A stretch of DNA of 64,000 nucleotides, from NCBI GenBank assembly GCA_963725865.1, contig CAVSAC010000012.1, positions 352,001-416,000 on the forward strand, given 5' to 3'. The notes beneath the pieces are model-generated. The model was not told where the DNA came from and ran no database searches. It worked only from the letters and a program-made list of their open reading frames with translations. The translations under genes and the position numbers were made by a program. Numbering within the stretch: the first letter of the stretch is position 1; every line of letters begins with the position of its first letter. Below are positions 1 to 9,702 of this stretch, piece by piece. Source of the DNA: Candidatus Eiseniibacteriota bacterium (GTDB lineage: Bacteria > Eisenbacteria > RBG-16-71-46).

Positions 1-122
1 ACGGACACGCGCTGGGCGGCCAGCGTCACCGTGACGTCGCCCCCGGCGCGGGCCGCCGCCGGCGCGATCAGCACCAGCGCGAGCACCGCCGTCGCGAGCG
101 GGCGTGGGAACGAGCGAGCCAT
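1..122 (-). CDS. 5' end of a secreted protein (partial, runs off window)
   Basis: ATG at 122 with GGAGG RBS (cctcc 130-134); translates MARSFPRPLATAVLALVLIAPAAARAGGDVTVTLAAQRVS, a signal peptide with an AxA site. Confidence 0.6.
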   Translation of the reverse strand, partial: MARSFPRPLATAVLALVLIAPAAARAGGDVTVTLAAQRVS

Positions 123-380
123 CGTGGAACCTCCCTGGTGGATACGCAGCACGAACGTCGGAGGCCCGGGGCACGCGAACGCGTGCGATCGAGCCGCCTT
201 CCCTGGCGAGGCACCACGAATTCACTCGTCGTCGAGCGCGATGGGATCGGTCACCAGGTTCTCAAGCTCGAGGGGCCGAACGTCGGGAGCCAGGTGCCTG
301 CCATGGGAGAGGTCATCGGCGGGTGGGGGACCCGGGTTTAGCCGGGATTCTCGCGGGGCGGGGTGCCCCGCGGCGCCGGC

Positions 381-2177
381 TCAGCCGCCGTCGCCGCTCG
401 CCAGGGCTTCCAGCTCCTGCCAGCGCGCGTAGGCGGCGTGGATCTCGGCCTCGAGGGCCCCGAGGCGCGCGCGCATCCGGGCCACCTCGTCGCCGGGCGT
501 GGTGTAGAAGTCCGGCGCCGCCATGCGCTCGAACAGCGCCTGCCGCTCGGCTTCGACGCGCTCGATCAGGCCCGGGAGCTCGGCCAGCTCGCGCTTCTCC
601 TTGAAGCCGATGCGCCGCGGGCGCTCGGCCGCCCGCTCCGGCTTTGGCCGCGCCGGCCGGGCGGCCGGTGGCGGCTCGTCCGCCCGCCGCTGCCGCAGCC
701 AGTCCTGGTAGCCGCCCACGTACTCGCGCCACTGGCCGTCGCCCTCGAAGACGATCGTCGACGTGACGACGTTGTCGAGGAACGTCCGGTCGTGCGAGAC
801 CACCAGCAGCGTGCCCTGGAACTCGAGCAGCAGGTCCTCGAGCAGCTCGAGCGTCTCCAGGTCGAGGTCGTTGGTCGGCTCGTCGAGCACCAGCAGGTTG
901 CACGGCCGCGACAGGATCTTCGCCAGCTGCAGCCGCCGACGCTCGCCGCCCGACAGCTTGGTGACCGGCCCCTGCATCTGCTCCGGCGTGAACAGGAAGT
1001 CGCGCAGGTAGCCGACCACGTGGCGCTCGCCGGCGCCGACCGCGATCATATCGCGCCCCTCGGAGATGTTCTCGATCACCGTGCGGGATTCGTCGAGCAC
1101 GTCGTGGAGCTGCTCGAAGTGCGCGATCTCGAGCCGGGTACCCGCGGTGACCGAGCCGTGCTGGGGCGCGACCCGGCCGAGCAGCAGGTCGATGAGCGTG
1201 GTCTTGCCGCAGCCATTGGGGCCGAGGATGCCGATGCGGTCGCCACGCGCGATCCGGGTGCTGAACCCATGCACGATCGGCGGGCCCCCGAATCCGAATC
1301 CCACGTTCTCGCAGCGCAGCACGATGCGGCCGGAGCGCTCGGCCTCCTGGAGCTGCGCCTTCACGCGCCCCACCTCGTCGCGGCGCGCGCGCCGCTCCAC
1401 CCGCAGCGCCTCGAGCGCCCGCACCCGGCCCTCGTTGCGGGTGCGGCGCGCCTTGATGCCGCGGCGCACCCACGCCTCTTCCTGCGCCAGTTTCTTGTCG
1501 AACAACGCGTCCTGGTCGGCCTCGACGCGCAACTCGTCCTCGCGCAGCTCGAGGTACGCGTCGTAGCCGGCGCGGTAGCTGCGCAGCGCGCCGCGGTCCA
1601 GGTCGAGGATGCGGGTGGCGAGCGTGCGCAGGAAGCTGCGGTCGTGGGTGACGAACACCAGCGTCCCGCGCCGGCGCTGCAGCGCCGCTTCGAGGCGTTC
1701 GATCGCGTCGATGTCGAGGTGGTTGGTCGGCTCGTCGAGGATCAGCAGGTCCGGATCGCGCACCAGCGCGGCCGCCAGCAGCACGCGACGCTTCGAGCCT
1801 GCGGACAGCGTCTCGATGGCGGCGTCGAGGTCGAGCGTCAGGTCGTGCACGGCCTGGTCGATGCGGGTTTCGATCTCCCACGAGGTGTCGCTGCGGGTCG
1901 CGCCGCAGACCTCGTGCAGGTACGCGCGCACGCTGCCGGAGAGATCCAGCGGCACGTCCTGCTGCAGGCTCGCCACGCGCAGGTTCGGCTGGCGCGCGAC
2001 CTCGCCCGCGTCGGGGGCGAGCGTGCCCTCGAGGATCCGCAGCAGCGTCGACTTGCCCGCGCCGTTGCGGCCCAGCAGCCCCAGCCGCTCGCCGTCGTCG
2101 ATCTGCAGGCTCACGCGGTCGAGCAGCGGCGGGCCGGCGAACGCGAGGCTCACGCTGTTGAGGCTGATCAACGCCAT
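381..2177 (-). CDS. uup: ABC-F family ATPase (Uup-like)
   Basis: Two ABC domains (GRNGAGKST, GPNGCGKTT; LSAGSKRR/LSGGERRR; LDEPTNHLD/LDEPTNDLD), linker GIKARRTRNEGRVR, C-terminal coiled coil; start taken at MALISL. Confidence 0.9.
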   Translation of the reverse strand: MALISLNSVSLAFAGPPLLDRVSLQIDDGERLGLLGRNGAGKSTLLRILEGTLAPDAGEVARQPNLRVASLQQDVPLDLSGSVRAYLHEVCGATRSDTSWEIETRIDQAVHDLTLDLDAAIETLSAGSKRRVLLAAALVRDPDLLILDEPTNHLDIDAIERLEAALQRRRGTLVFVTHDRSFLRTLATRILDLDRGALRSYRAGYDAYLELREDELRVEADQDALFDKKLAQEEAWVRRGIKARRTRNEGRVRALEALRVERRARRDEVGRVKAQLQEAERSGRIVLRCENVGFGFGGPPIVHGFSTRIARGDRIGILGPNGCGKTTLIDLLLGRVAPQHGSVTAGTRLEIAHFEQLHDVLDESRTVIENISEGRDMIAVGAGERHVVGYLRDFLFTPEQMQGPVTKLSGGERRRLQLAKILSRPCNLLVLDEPTNDLDLETLELLEDLLLEFQGTLLVVSHDRTFLDNVVTSTIVFEGDGQWREYVGGYQDWLRQRRADEPPPAARPARPKPERAAERPRRIGFKEKRELAELPGLIERVEAERQALFERMAAPDFYTTPGDEVARMRARLGALEAEIHAAYARWQELEALASGDGG

Positions 2178-2350
2178 GGCTGCACGATCTCCGAGAGTGA
2201 AGGGCGGACCGGATCGCTGCGCGCGACCCGATGCACCCACCGGTCCGCCCACCCGCGAGCGAGCGGGTGGGAGATTGTGCCAGAAGCTGGCATCCTGCGC
2301 CGACTCACCCGTCCCGCACCCGCTCGGCCCCATCGACCCCGAGGCTCGCC

Positions 2351-2893
2351 CTGGCCCTCAACGCCACCATCCACCAGTTCGCCGTGCAGCTCTCCCACGT
2401 GGACCGCGGCGTGTACGAGGCGCTCGAGCTGCGGCTCGCGCGGCATCCGTCCGAGAGCGAGGAGTTCCTGTGCGCGCGGCTGCTCGCGTTCTGCCTCGAG
2501 CAGCGGGAGGGACTCGCGTTCACGAAGGGACTCGCCGAGCCCGACCAGCCCGCGCTCGAGGTGCGCGACCTGACCGGCGCGCTGCAGGCGTGGATCGACG
2601 TCGGCGCGCCCGACGCTGCGCGCCTCCACCGTGCGAGCAAGGCGGCGCCGCGCGTGGCGGTCTACACGCATCACGACGCCGCGCGCTACTGGGCCTCGCT
2701 CGCGGGCGTGCGCATCCACCGCGCAGACGCGCTCGAGCTGTATGGGCTCGACCGCGCGCTGGTGGCTGCACTGGTCGCGCGGCTGGCGCGGCGCATGGCG
2801 TTCGACCTGACGGTGACCGCCGGCACCCTCTACCTGACGCTCGGCGACGAACTGCTGAGCGGCGCGGTGACCGCGCACCGCCTGGCGGGCTGA
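2351..2893 (+). CDS. yaeQ: YaeQ family protein
   Basis: ALNATIHQF..LSHVDRGVY..LARHPSES..ARLLAFCL..FTKGL..WIDVGAPD..RLHRASK; the homologous start falls on CTG 2351. Confidence 0.85.
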   Translation: MALNATIHQFAVQLSHVDRGVYEALELRLARHPSESEEFLCARLLAFCLEQREGLAFTKGLAEPDQPALEVRDLTGALQAWIDVGAPDAARLHRASKAAPRVAVYTHHDAARYWASLAGVRIHRADALELYGLDRALVAALVARLARRMAFDLTVTAGTLYLTLGDELLSGAVTAHRLAG

Positions 2894-3041
2894 GCGCAGG
2901 GCGCCCGCCGCGCGCCGAGTGCCGGCGCAATCACGACCATCACGGCCGAGCGGAGCCGCCCCCGGCAGGCTTCGGGGCGGCGCATCGCGGTCGGGGTCGA
3001 TCGTTGGCCTGGGGCGCGTCGTTCCACTAGCCTTCGCGGCC

Positions 3042-4411
3042 ATGACCGACCACCGGGTGGCGATCGTGGGCGCCGGCGCCGCCGGCCTGACCGCCGCGAT
3101 CCGCGCCGCCGAGGCGGGCGCGCGCGTGACGCTGCTGAACGCGCACCCCAAGGTGGGCCTCAAGATCCTGATGAGCGGTGGCACCCGCTGCAACGTCACG
3201 CACCGCGAGGTCAGCGAGCGCGACTTCAACGGTGGCTCGCGCCACGTGATCGCGCGCCTGCTGCGCGCGTTCGGCGTCGAGCAGACGCGGGCGTGGTTCG
3301 AGTCGCTGGGCGTGGAACTGAAGCTCGAGGAGACCGGCAAGTACTTTCCGGTCACCGACGACGCGCAGACCGTGCTCGACGCGCTGCTCGCGGCATGCGA
3401 GCGCGCGGGCGTCACGCTGCGCGCCGGCGCGCGCGTGGTGCGGCTGGAGCGCGCGGCGAGCGCGGGTGCAGGCCCGGCGAGTGCCGGCCGCGCGAGGACG
3501 CGGTGGGCGAGCGCGCGGCGGTGGCGGGCCCGTGGCGCCTCGGCATCCAGCGAGTCGCGGACAGCGCAGCGTTCAGCGCCGAAGTGCGCGCACCGGGAAC
3601 CACGGCGTGGCCGCTGCCCGCCGCGCCGCCCGACGAGTGGCTCGAGGCCGACGCCGTGGTGCTGGCGAGCGGCGGGCTCTCGTTCCCGCGCACTGGCAGC
3701 GACGGCACCGGCTACGCGCTCGTCACGGCACTCGGCCACACGCTGACGCCGCCGGTGCCCGCGCTCACGCCGCTCACCGCCGACGATCCGCTGTGCGAGC
3801 ACGCGCAGGGCATCACGTGCGAGGCCGCCCTCACGCTGCGCACCGCCGAGGCGCGCGCGCTGGTGGTGAGCGGTTCGCTGCTCGTCACCCACTTCGGCTA
3901 CTCCGGGCCGGCCGCGCTCGACCTGTCGCGCCACTGGCTGCGCGCCGAGGAGCCGCGCATCGTGACCGCGAGCTTCATGCCGGGCGAGACGCGCGAGTCG
4001 CTGCAGGCGTTCTGGAAGCGGATGGCGCGCGAGATGCCGCGCATGGGCGCGAAGCGCTTCCTGGCGCATCGCATCCCCGAGCGACTCGCCGAGCTGCTGT
4101 GCGAGGAGGTGGAGGTGGAGCCCGCCTATCCGGTGGCGCAGGTGGACCGCCTGCACCGCGACGCGCTGGTCGCGCGCGTGATCGCGCGGCCCATGCGCGT
4201 GACCGGCACGCTCGGCTACGAGAAGGCCGAGGTCACCGCGGGCGGCGTGCCGCTCGCCGAGGTCGACCCGTCGACGCTCGAGTCTCGGGTGGCGCGCGGA
4301 CTCTATCTGTGCGGCGAGGTACTGGACGTGGAGGGGAGGCTGGGCGGGTTCAACTTCCAGTGGGCATGGTCGAGCGGGACGGTCGCCGGGAGAGCGGCGG
4401 CGGCGCGCTGA
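3042..4411 (+). CDS. HI0933/YhiN/BaiN-family NAD(P)/FAD-dependent oxidoreductase (frameshift near 3490)
   Basis: N-terminal IVGAGAAG..KILMSGGTRCNVT in one frame; ASGGLSFPRTGSDGTGY, LLVTHFGYSGPA, AEVTAGGV, GEVLDVEGRLGGFNFQWAWSSG in the next frame. Confidence 0.88.
3724..4360 (+). repeat. Direct repeat copy 1 (3' part of the HI0933-family gene)
   Basis: 637 bp aligning without gaps to 14934-15570; 11 substitutions counted by eye. Confidence 0.95.
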
Positions 4412-4444
4412 AGGCGGGGGCACCGGCCCCTTGCCATTGGCCGG

Positions 4445-5308
4445 CTATACGGAGTCGCCGGTGCCGAGGCCCTGGCGCGAGCGCGTGCCTACGGGGAGCC
4501 AGGCCATGCCGCGGTAGGAATCCGCCACCACCCAGGCGGCGGCCGTCAGCACCCAGGAGTCGACGAACTCGTTCCATTGGTCGGCGTCGGGGCCGGCCAC
4601 GAGGACCGGTACCCACACCAGCAGCGTGAACAGGCTCAGCTCCACCGCCGACAGCATCGCCGCCAGACGTGCAAACACGCCGCTGACGACCGCGACGCCC
4701 GCCGCGATGAGGGCACCGCCGGTGAAGTACGCCCAGCCGAGATGCCATGGCAGCCGCGCAGGGACCATCGCGACGGTCCGCTCGAGAAAGGTGAAGTGGG
4801 CGATGCCGAATGGGATCAAGCCCAGGCCGAAGAGCACTCTGGCGATCGCCATACCCCGCTCGCCGGTGATGAGGCCCGGCCGGCGGCCGTCTCGGTCACC
4901 GGCGAACCAGACCACGAGAACCCAGGCGCCCGCCATCATCACCGCGATTTCGCCGCATGCCCACCACATACCCGAAGACGTGGGAGCGCGAACGATGAGA
5001 GGCACCCGAAACAGCAGCATCCAGAGGGCGAGGTAGGTGAGAAGTACGTGGGAGGCGACCGCGGCTGCGCGTCTCCAGAGCAGACCGATGCCGGATCCCA
5101 GAGAGATGGCGGCGCAGAGATACGCGAGTGCCGCTCGCGCGGGCAGGTCCTTGGGAACTCCCGTCCAGATCGGGACGAAACCTCCCTTGATCAGGCCCAT
5201 GATCCCCAGCGCGATCATCGTCGCGGCGAAGACGGCATGGCTGAAGCTGGCGATGTGTATCGCCCTTGCTCCGGTGCCGTTCTGTTTCATCGGTCCGGTT
5301 GGCTGCAT
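4445..5308 (-). CDS. DoxX-like multi-pass membrane protein (two internal repeats)
   Basis: Several hydrophobic helices; [30 protein letters not shown], with a similar N-terminal half (VPKDLPARAALAYL). Confidence 0.7.
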   Translation of the reverse strand: MQPTGPMKQNGTGARAIHIASFSHAVFAATMIALGIMGLIKGGFVPIWTGVPKDLPARAALAYLCAAISLGSGIGLLWRRAAAVASHVLLTYLALWMLLFRVPLIVRAPTSSGMWWACGEIAVMMAGAWVLVVWFAGDRDGRRPGLITGERGMAIARVLFGLGLIPFGIAHFTFLERTVAMVPARLPWHLGWAYFTGGALIAAGVAVVSGVFARLAAMLSAVELSLFTLLVWVPVLVAGPDADQWNEFVDSWVLTAAAWVVADSYRGMAWLPVGTRSRQGLGTGDSV

Positions 5309-5370
5309 TTCAGTCCGTGGCCAGGCCCGCCGGGTCTCTCGAGTACCAGTGCCGACACAGCCCCTTCGAC

Positions 5371-5400
5371 GGGCGCGGCCCCGTTACCGAAGCCGCGCCC
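5371..5400 (-). terminator. GC hairpin downstream of the DUF1579-like gene
   Basis: GGGCGCGGC-N12-GCCGCGCCC, 9-bp stem, no U-tract. Confidence 0.3.
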
Positions 5401-5422
5401 ACGTCGGTGCCGAGGCTCGCGA

Positions 5423-6019
5423 CTACTTCCGCGAGTACTCGATCGTCATCATCTTCATTTCCTTCTTGGCGCCTGGCGGCGTGCCGTACATCTCGAAGGT
5501 GTGGTGATCGTCGTCGACGATCGTCGTCACCATGCGCGACTTCGATGCCTTGCCGGTCATCGGGTCCGACATGGTGCCGACCCACGTGATCACTTTGCCG
5601 CCGGCGTCGGCGGTGCCGATGCTCGTCATGATCCCGGTGCCCATGTTGTCGATCCAGGTCGAGACGTACTTGCCGAGCACGTTGTCGTAGCCGGTCAGGC
5701 CCATGCCGCTGAACGGCTGGCCCATCATGTTGCCGCTCGTGACTTCCTGGCAGTAGCGGCCGTCCATCAGCATCGTGAGCGTCGACGTCGAGTTCTCGAC
5801 CTGCGGGGGCTGCGAGGGATCCATCTGGGACGTGACCTTCGCGTTCCACTCGCCAGCCATCTTCTTGAGCATCTCGTGCTGCGGGCCGGGCGTGGCGGCC
5901 TTCATCATCTTCTCCATCATTGCCTGCTGGTCGGCCGCGCCGCCGTTCGGCGCATCGGCGGCGAACGCGTTGGCGGCGACGAACAGCGCGACGGCGACGA
6001 CCGCAATCCAGTTCTTCAT
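5423..6019 (-). CDS. DUF1579-like secreted protein
   Basis: Signal peptide; ATPGPQHEMLKKMAGEW..MGQPFSGMGLTGYDN..YVSTWIDNMGTG; AGGAGG RBS. Confidence 0.8.
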   Translation of the reverse strand: MKNWIAVVAVALFVAANAFAADAPNGGAADQQAMMEKMMKAATPGPQHEMLKKMAGEWNAKVTSQMDPSQPPQVENSTSTLTMLMDGRYCQEVTSGNMMGQPFSGMGLTGYDNVLGKYVSTWIDNMGTGIMTSIGTADAGGKVITWVGTMSDPMTGKASKSRMVTTIVDDDHHTFEMYGTPPGAKKEMKMMTIEYSRK

Positions 6020-6436
6020 CGGTACCTCCTTGTCGTAGTGAGCGGCCCGCCGGGAAAGCTAACAACCGCGCGCGGTCGGCGACAAGTGCGGGTGGGGCCC
6101 CAGTGTCGTTCGCCGTGTTCAGCGCCGAATGCCGTCGCATTCGGACACTGCAGCGCGGCACGCTGGAGGCTGGCGGCGACCAGCTCGCGCGGGACGGGCT
6201 CGACGGTCCGATCGTGGCGACACGCCCTGCGAACTCTCCACACTGTGCGGTGATGCTGCGCGATCGAAGACGGCGTTGATATGGGACAATGCGCTCGGGG
6301 TGGCGGAGCGGATTGCATCGTCCCAGGACCAGGACGAGCCGCCTGGGGACTCTCGCCTCTCGGCAGGAGCGCATGCTGTGCGCGAACGGGAGTCACGCAT
6401 CACGGACGTCGACGGGCGAGGAACGCGGAGGTTCCG

Positions 6437-7495
6437 TTGAAGGTTCTTGTGACGGGCGGCACGGGATTCGTCGGCGGGCATGTCGCCGAGCGCCTGTCGG
6501 CGGACGGGCATGGCGTCACGATCCTGAGCCGAACGGGGTCGCTGCCGGATGGAATGCCGGGAGGCGTGCGGGTACGTGTCGGGGATCTCGCGGACTCCGA
6601 GTCCCTGCGCGCGGCATGCGCATCCCAGGACGCCGTGGTTCACGCGGCGGGCCTGGTCGGAGCGGGCGGGACGTGGGCCGACTATCGGCGCGTGAACGTG
6701 ACCGGAACGCGCCTCCTGATTCGAGCCGCCGTCGCCTCCGGGGTTCCCCGCCTGATTCACGTGAGTTCCCTCGTCGTCCACGCAGCGCCCCGACGTGGAG
6801 AGGTGGTTCGTGAGGCCTCGCCGCTGCTTCGGCACGTCGCCGGCTGGAGCCACTACGCACGGAGCAAGCTCCTTGCCGAGCGCATCGTTCAGCGCGCGGC
6901 TGTCGCGGGACGGATCGCGACGGTCGTGATCCGGCCGGGTCTGGTGCTCGGACCCAGAGACCGTTGGACGACGCCATGGCTGCTCCGAAGGCTCTCTCAA
7001 CCGGTTCAGCTGATCGTGGGGGACGGAAGAAACGCCATTCCGTGCGTGACCATTGAGGATCTGGCAGATGCGATCGCGCGTGCAGTGGCCCAGCGCCCCA
7101 CAGGGTCGGATGTCTTCGATATCGCGGCCGACAGCGTGATGACTCAGCGTGATGTGCTCGCCACTCATGCGCGCGCCATCGGACGAGCGTTCGCACCGGT
7201 GCGACTTCCTGCCGCTGCGGCGCGCGCGGGCGCGGTGCTGCTCGACGTCCTCGATGAGGTCAGGCGCGTGCAGATGTCGCCGCCCCGTCGAATGGCAGTT
7301 GCGATCGCGGGTGTCCACGCGCACATTGACGGTTCACACGCTGCCACCGGTCTTGGGTGGCGCGCCAGGGGCTCGTGCGAAGACGCGATTCGCAGGGCCG
7401 TGGAGTGGGAGCTGGCTCACGTCGGGCGATCCCAGCCAGGCAGCGGCCTGGGCCAGCATGGGACCGGACGCAGCCAGCCGGAGGCAACGACGTGA
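6437..7495 (+). CDS. NAD-dependent epimerase/dehydratase (extended SDR, OleD/3-beta-HSD-like)
   Basis: TTG start after GGAGG; VLVTGGTGFVG, HAAG, NVTGT, catalytic YARSK, IRPGLVLGPRD. Confidence 0.85.
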   Translation: MKVLVTGGTGFVGGHVAERLSADGHGVTILSRTGSLPDGMPGGVRVRVGDLADSESLRAACASQDAVVHAAGLVGAGGTWADYRRVNVTGTRLLIRAAVASGVPRLIHVSSLVVHAAPRRGEVVREASPLLRHVAGWSHYARSKLLAERIVQRAAVAGRIATVVIRPGLVLGPRDRWTTPWLLRRLSQPVQLIVGDGRNAIPCVTIEDLADAIARAVAQRPTGSDVFDIAADSVMTQRDVLATHARAIGRAFAPVRLPAAAARAGAVLLDVLDEVRRVQMSPPRRMAVAIAGVHAHIDGSHAATGLGWRARGSCEDAIRRAVEWELAHVGRSQPGSGLGQHGTGRSQPEATT

Positions 7496-8526
7496 AGATC
7501 CTCGGCATCGCCCACTCGCTTCCCAGCTCCGTCGTGACCAACGAGCACCTAGTGTCCCGAATCCTGCGCCACGAGCTCAACGCGATTCCTCAGGCTGATC
7601 GCGCACGGTTCGCCGAGGACTTGAGTGCCCGATTCGAGCGAGCGGGAGCGGTGACGCGGTTCCATCGCGCCCCGGGGGAGCTCGCGGTGTCGTTCGGCGT
7701 CGACGCGGGCCGGAAAGCGCTAGTGCGGGCTGGCCTCGTGGCAAAGGACATCGACCTGCTCATCTACGTCGGCGTGGGGCGCGGCTTCCTGGAGCCCGCG
7801 ACGGCGAACATCTTCCAGCACCGACTGGGCCTTACCCGCGCCACCTGCTTCGACGTCCTCGACGCGTGCGCGAGCTGGATGCGTGCGATCGACATCGCCC
7901 ATCACCTGCTCGCGCGCGGGGTCTATCGCCACGTCATGGTCCTGAACTGCGAGTTCAACTTCGAAGAGTTCATTCGCTGGGACTTCGGTCGCGTGGAGGA
8001 CCTCGATCACCTGTGGGGCGGGTTCACAGTCGGCGAGGCGGCGACGGCCACGATCCTCGGCGCCGACGATGTCGACTACCACGCGACGTTCGTGACCAGC
8101 GGCGAGCACCACGGGCTATGCCAGATCCCGCTCGGGAATGCCCAGAACTTCCAGGATGGGACGCCGTCGAGGTGTGCCGCTCCGCCGCTCCGGTTCTTCG
8201 TTTTCGCGGCCGAGCTCCACCAGCACGCCATCGCTCAGCTGGCCCGGCAGTTCTGGGACGATCCGTCGCTCGCGAGCGGGCAATGGGACCTGATCGTGGG
8301 CCATTCCACCAGCGTACCCGCGGCGCACAGCGTGATCCGGAAGCTCCGATTGGACCAGGAACGCGCCTTGGAGACGTTCTCGCGGCATGGAAACACGGTG
8401 TCGGCCTCGATACCGCTCGGGCTCTCGCTCGCGCTCGAGGGCGGACGGCTACAGCGCGGGCACCGCGTCCTGCTGGTCTCGGCGAGCGCGGGCCTCACCA
8501 CCGGCTTCTTGAGCTTCCGATACTGA
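7492..8526 (+). CDS. 3-oxoacyl-ACP synthase III / OleA-like condensing enzyme
   Basis: GTGA overlap with the upstream gene; GRGFLEPATA, CFDVLDACASW (Cys), GHSTS (His), HGNTVSASIP (Asn). Confidence 0.85.
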   Translation: MKILGIAHSLPSSVVTNEHLVSRILRHELNAIPQADRARFAEDLSARFERAGAVTRFHRAPGELAVSFGVDAGRKALVRAGLVAKDIDLLIYVGVGRGFLEPATANIFQHRLGLTRATCFDVLDACASWMRAIDIAHHLLARGVYRHVMVLNCEFNFEEFIRWDFGRVEDLDHLWGGFTVGEAATATILGADDVDYHATFVTSGEHHGLCQIPLGNAQNFQDGTPSRCAAPPLRFFVFAAELHQHAIAQLARQFWDDPSLASGQWDLIVGHSTSVPAAHSVIRKLRLDQERALETFSRHGNTVSASIPLGLSLALEGGRLQRGHRVLLVSASAGLTTGFLSFRY

Positions 8527-8547
8527 ACATGAGCGGACCGCGCTGAC

Positions 8548-9702
8548 ATGATTCCCGGCTCGCTGTGGATCGTCCTGATGGTGGCGACGCCGGCGCTCGT
8601 GAGCCTGTCCTATCCCGTCCATCTCGCTCTCGTACGGTCGCGCAAGGCCAGGCGGGGGCCCGGGCGGATATCGCCACGGATCGGCGTTGTGGTTCCGGTG
8701 CACGGCGACGAGGAGGGGCTCGGCGCCAATGTGGCCGCCCTCATCGCGCAGCGGAACCCGGGCGGCATCCAGCTCGTCTTCGTCGCCCAGGACGCCGATG
8801 ACGCGGGTCTCACGGTGGCCCGCGCGCTCGCCCCGGGACACGACCATGTTCGCATCGTGGTCAGCGGACCGGCGGGAACCGACCTCGGTAAGGGACACAA
8901 TCTCGCCGCCGGACTCGACCACATCGACGCCGATGTCGTCGTGCTCGCCGACAGCGACGCGCGGCCGCCGGATCCCGGGTTCATCGCCCGTCTCGTCAAA
9001 CGTCTCGACGACCCGGCCGTGGGACTCGTCACGTGCGTGCCCTCCTATCGCGGCGCCCGAGACCTCGGAGCGGGCCTGGTTGCGGCCATGATCGACACCG
9101 ATGTCGCCGGGCTATTCGGCGTGTTGCAGGCATGGAACCGCATGGCCGTGGCGAACGGCACCTGCCTCGCCGTCCGCGCGGACCTGCTGACGCAGGTCGG
9201 CGGCGTGACGTGGCTCCGGCGCCGGCTGCTCATGGACTCGGCACTCGCCCGGCGCGTCGTCGAGCAGGGCCATCGAGTGGCCCTCCACGACGAGCCGGTG
9301 CCGGTCCATCGGGAGCACGCGCGATGGTCGGAGTGCTGGTCTCAGGCGCTCCGCTGGCACGTCGCGATGCGATTTGGCCTGCCACTCGCCCGATACATGG
9401 GATTGGGCTGGTTGCGCGCCGGAGTGCCCACCGCCGCGCTGGCATGTGCACTCGCGCCGCACGCCGCGGCAGCGGCCATGCTCGTCGCGGCGGCCGTGGC
9501 CCGCATCCTCGCGGCCGCGCTCGTTTCTCGCACGTTCCTGCACGACCGAGCGTCCCTCTGGGTCCTCGTGTTGACGCCTGTCGCGGATGTCTGCACGACA
9601 CTCGCCTGGTTCGCCGCCTACTTCTGTCCGGAGGTCAGCTGGCGAGGTGTGCGTTACCGCGTCGGACCCGGAGCGGCCGTCTCACTGCGGAGCGTTCCGT
9701 GA
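8548..9702 (+). CDS. GT2/GT21 glycosyltransferase (ceramide glucosyltransferase/HpnI-like)
   Basis: N-terminal TM, VVPVHG, GKGHNL, LADSD (DxD), LLMD, QALRW (QxxRW), C-terminal TMs, VSWRGVRY. Confidence 0.8.
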   Translation: MIPGSLWIVLMVATPALVSLSYPVHLALVRSRKARRGPGRISPRIGVVVPVHGDEEGLGANVAALIAQRNPGGIQLVFVAQDADDAGLTVARALAPGHDHVRIVVSGPAGTDLGKGHNLAAGLDHIDADVVVLADSDARPPDPGFIARLVKRLDDPAVGLVTCVPSYRGARDLGAGLVAAMIDTDVAGLFGVLQAWNRMAVANGTCLAVRADLLTQVGGVTWLRRRLLMDSALARRVVEQGHRVALHDEPVPVHREHARWSECWSQALRWHVAMRFGLPLARYMGLGWLRAGVPTAALACALAPHAAAAAMLVAAAVARILAAALVSRTFLHDRASLWVLVLTPVADVCTTLAWFAAYFCPEVSWRGVRYRVGPGAAVSLRSVP

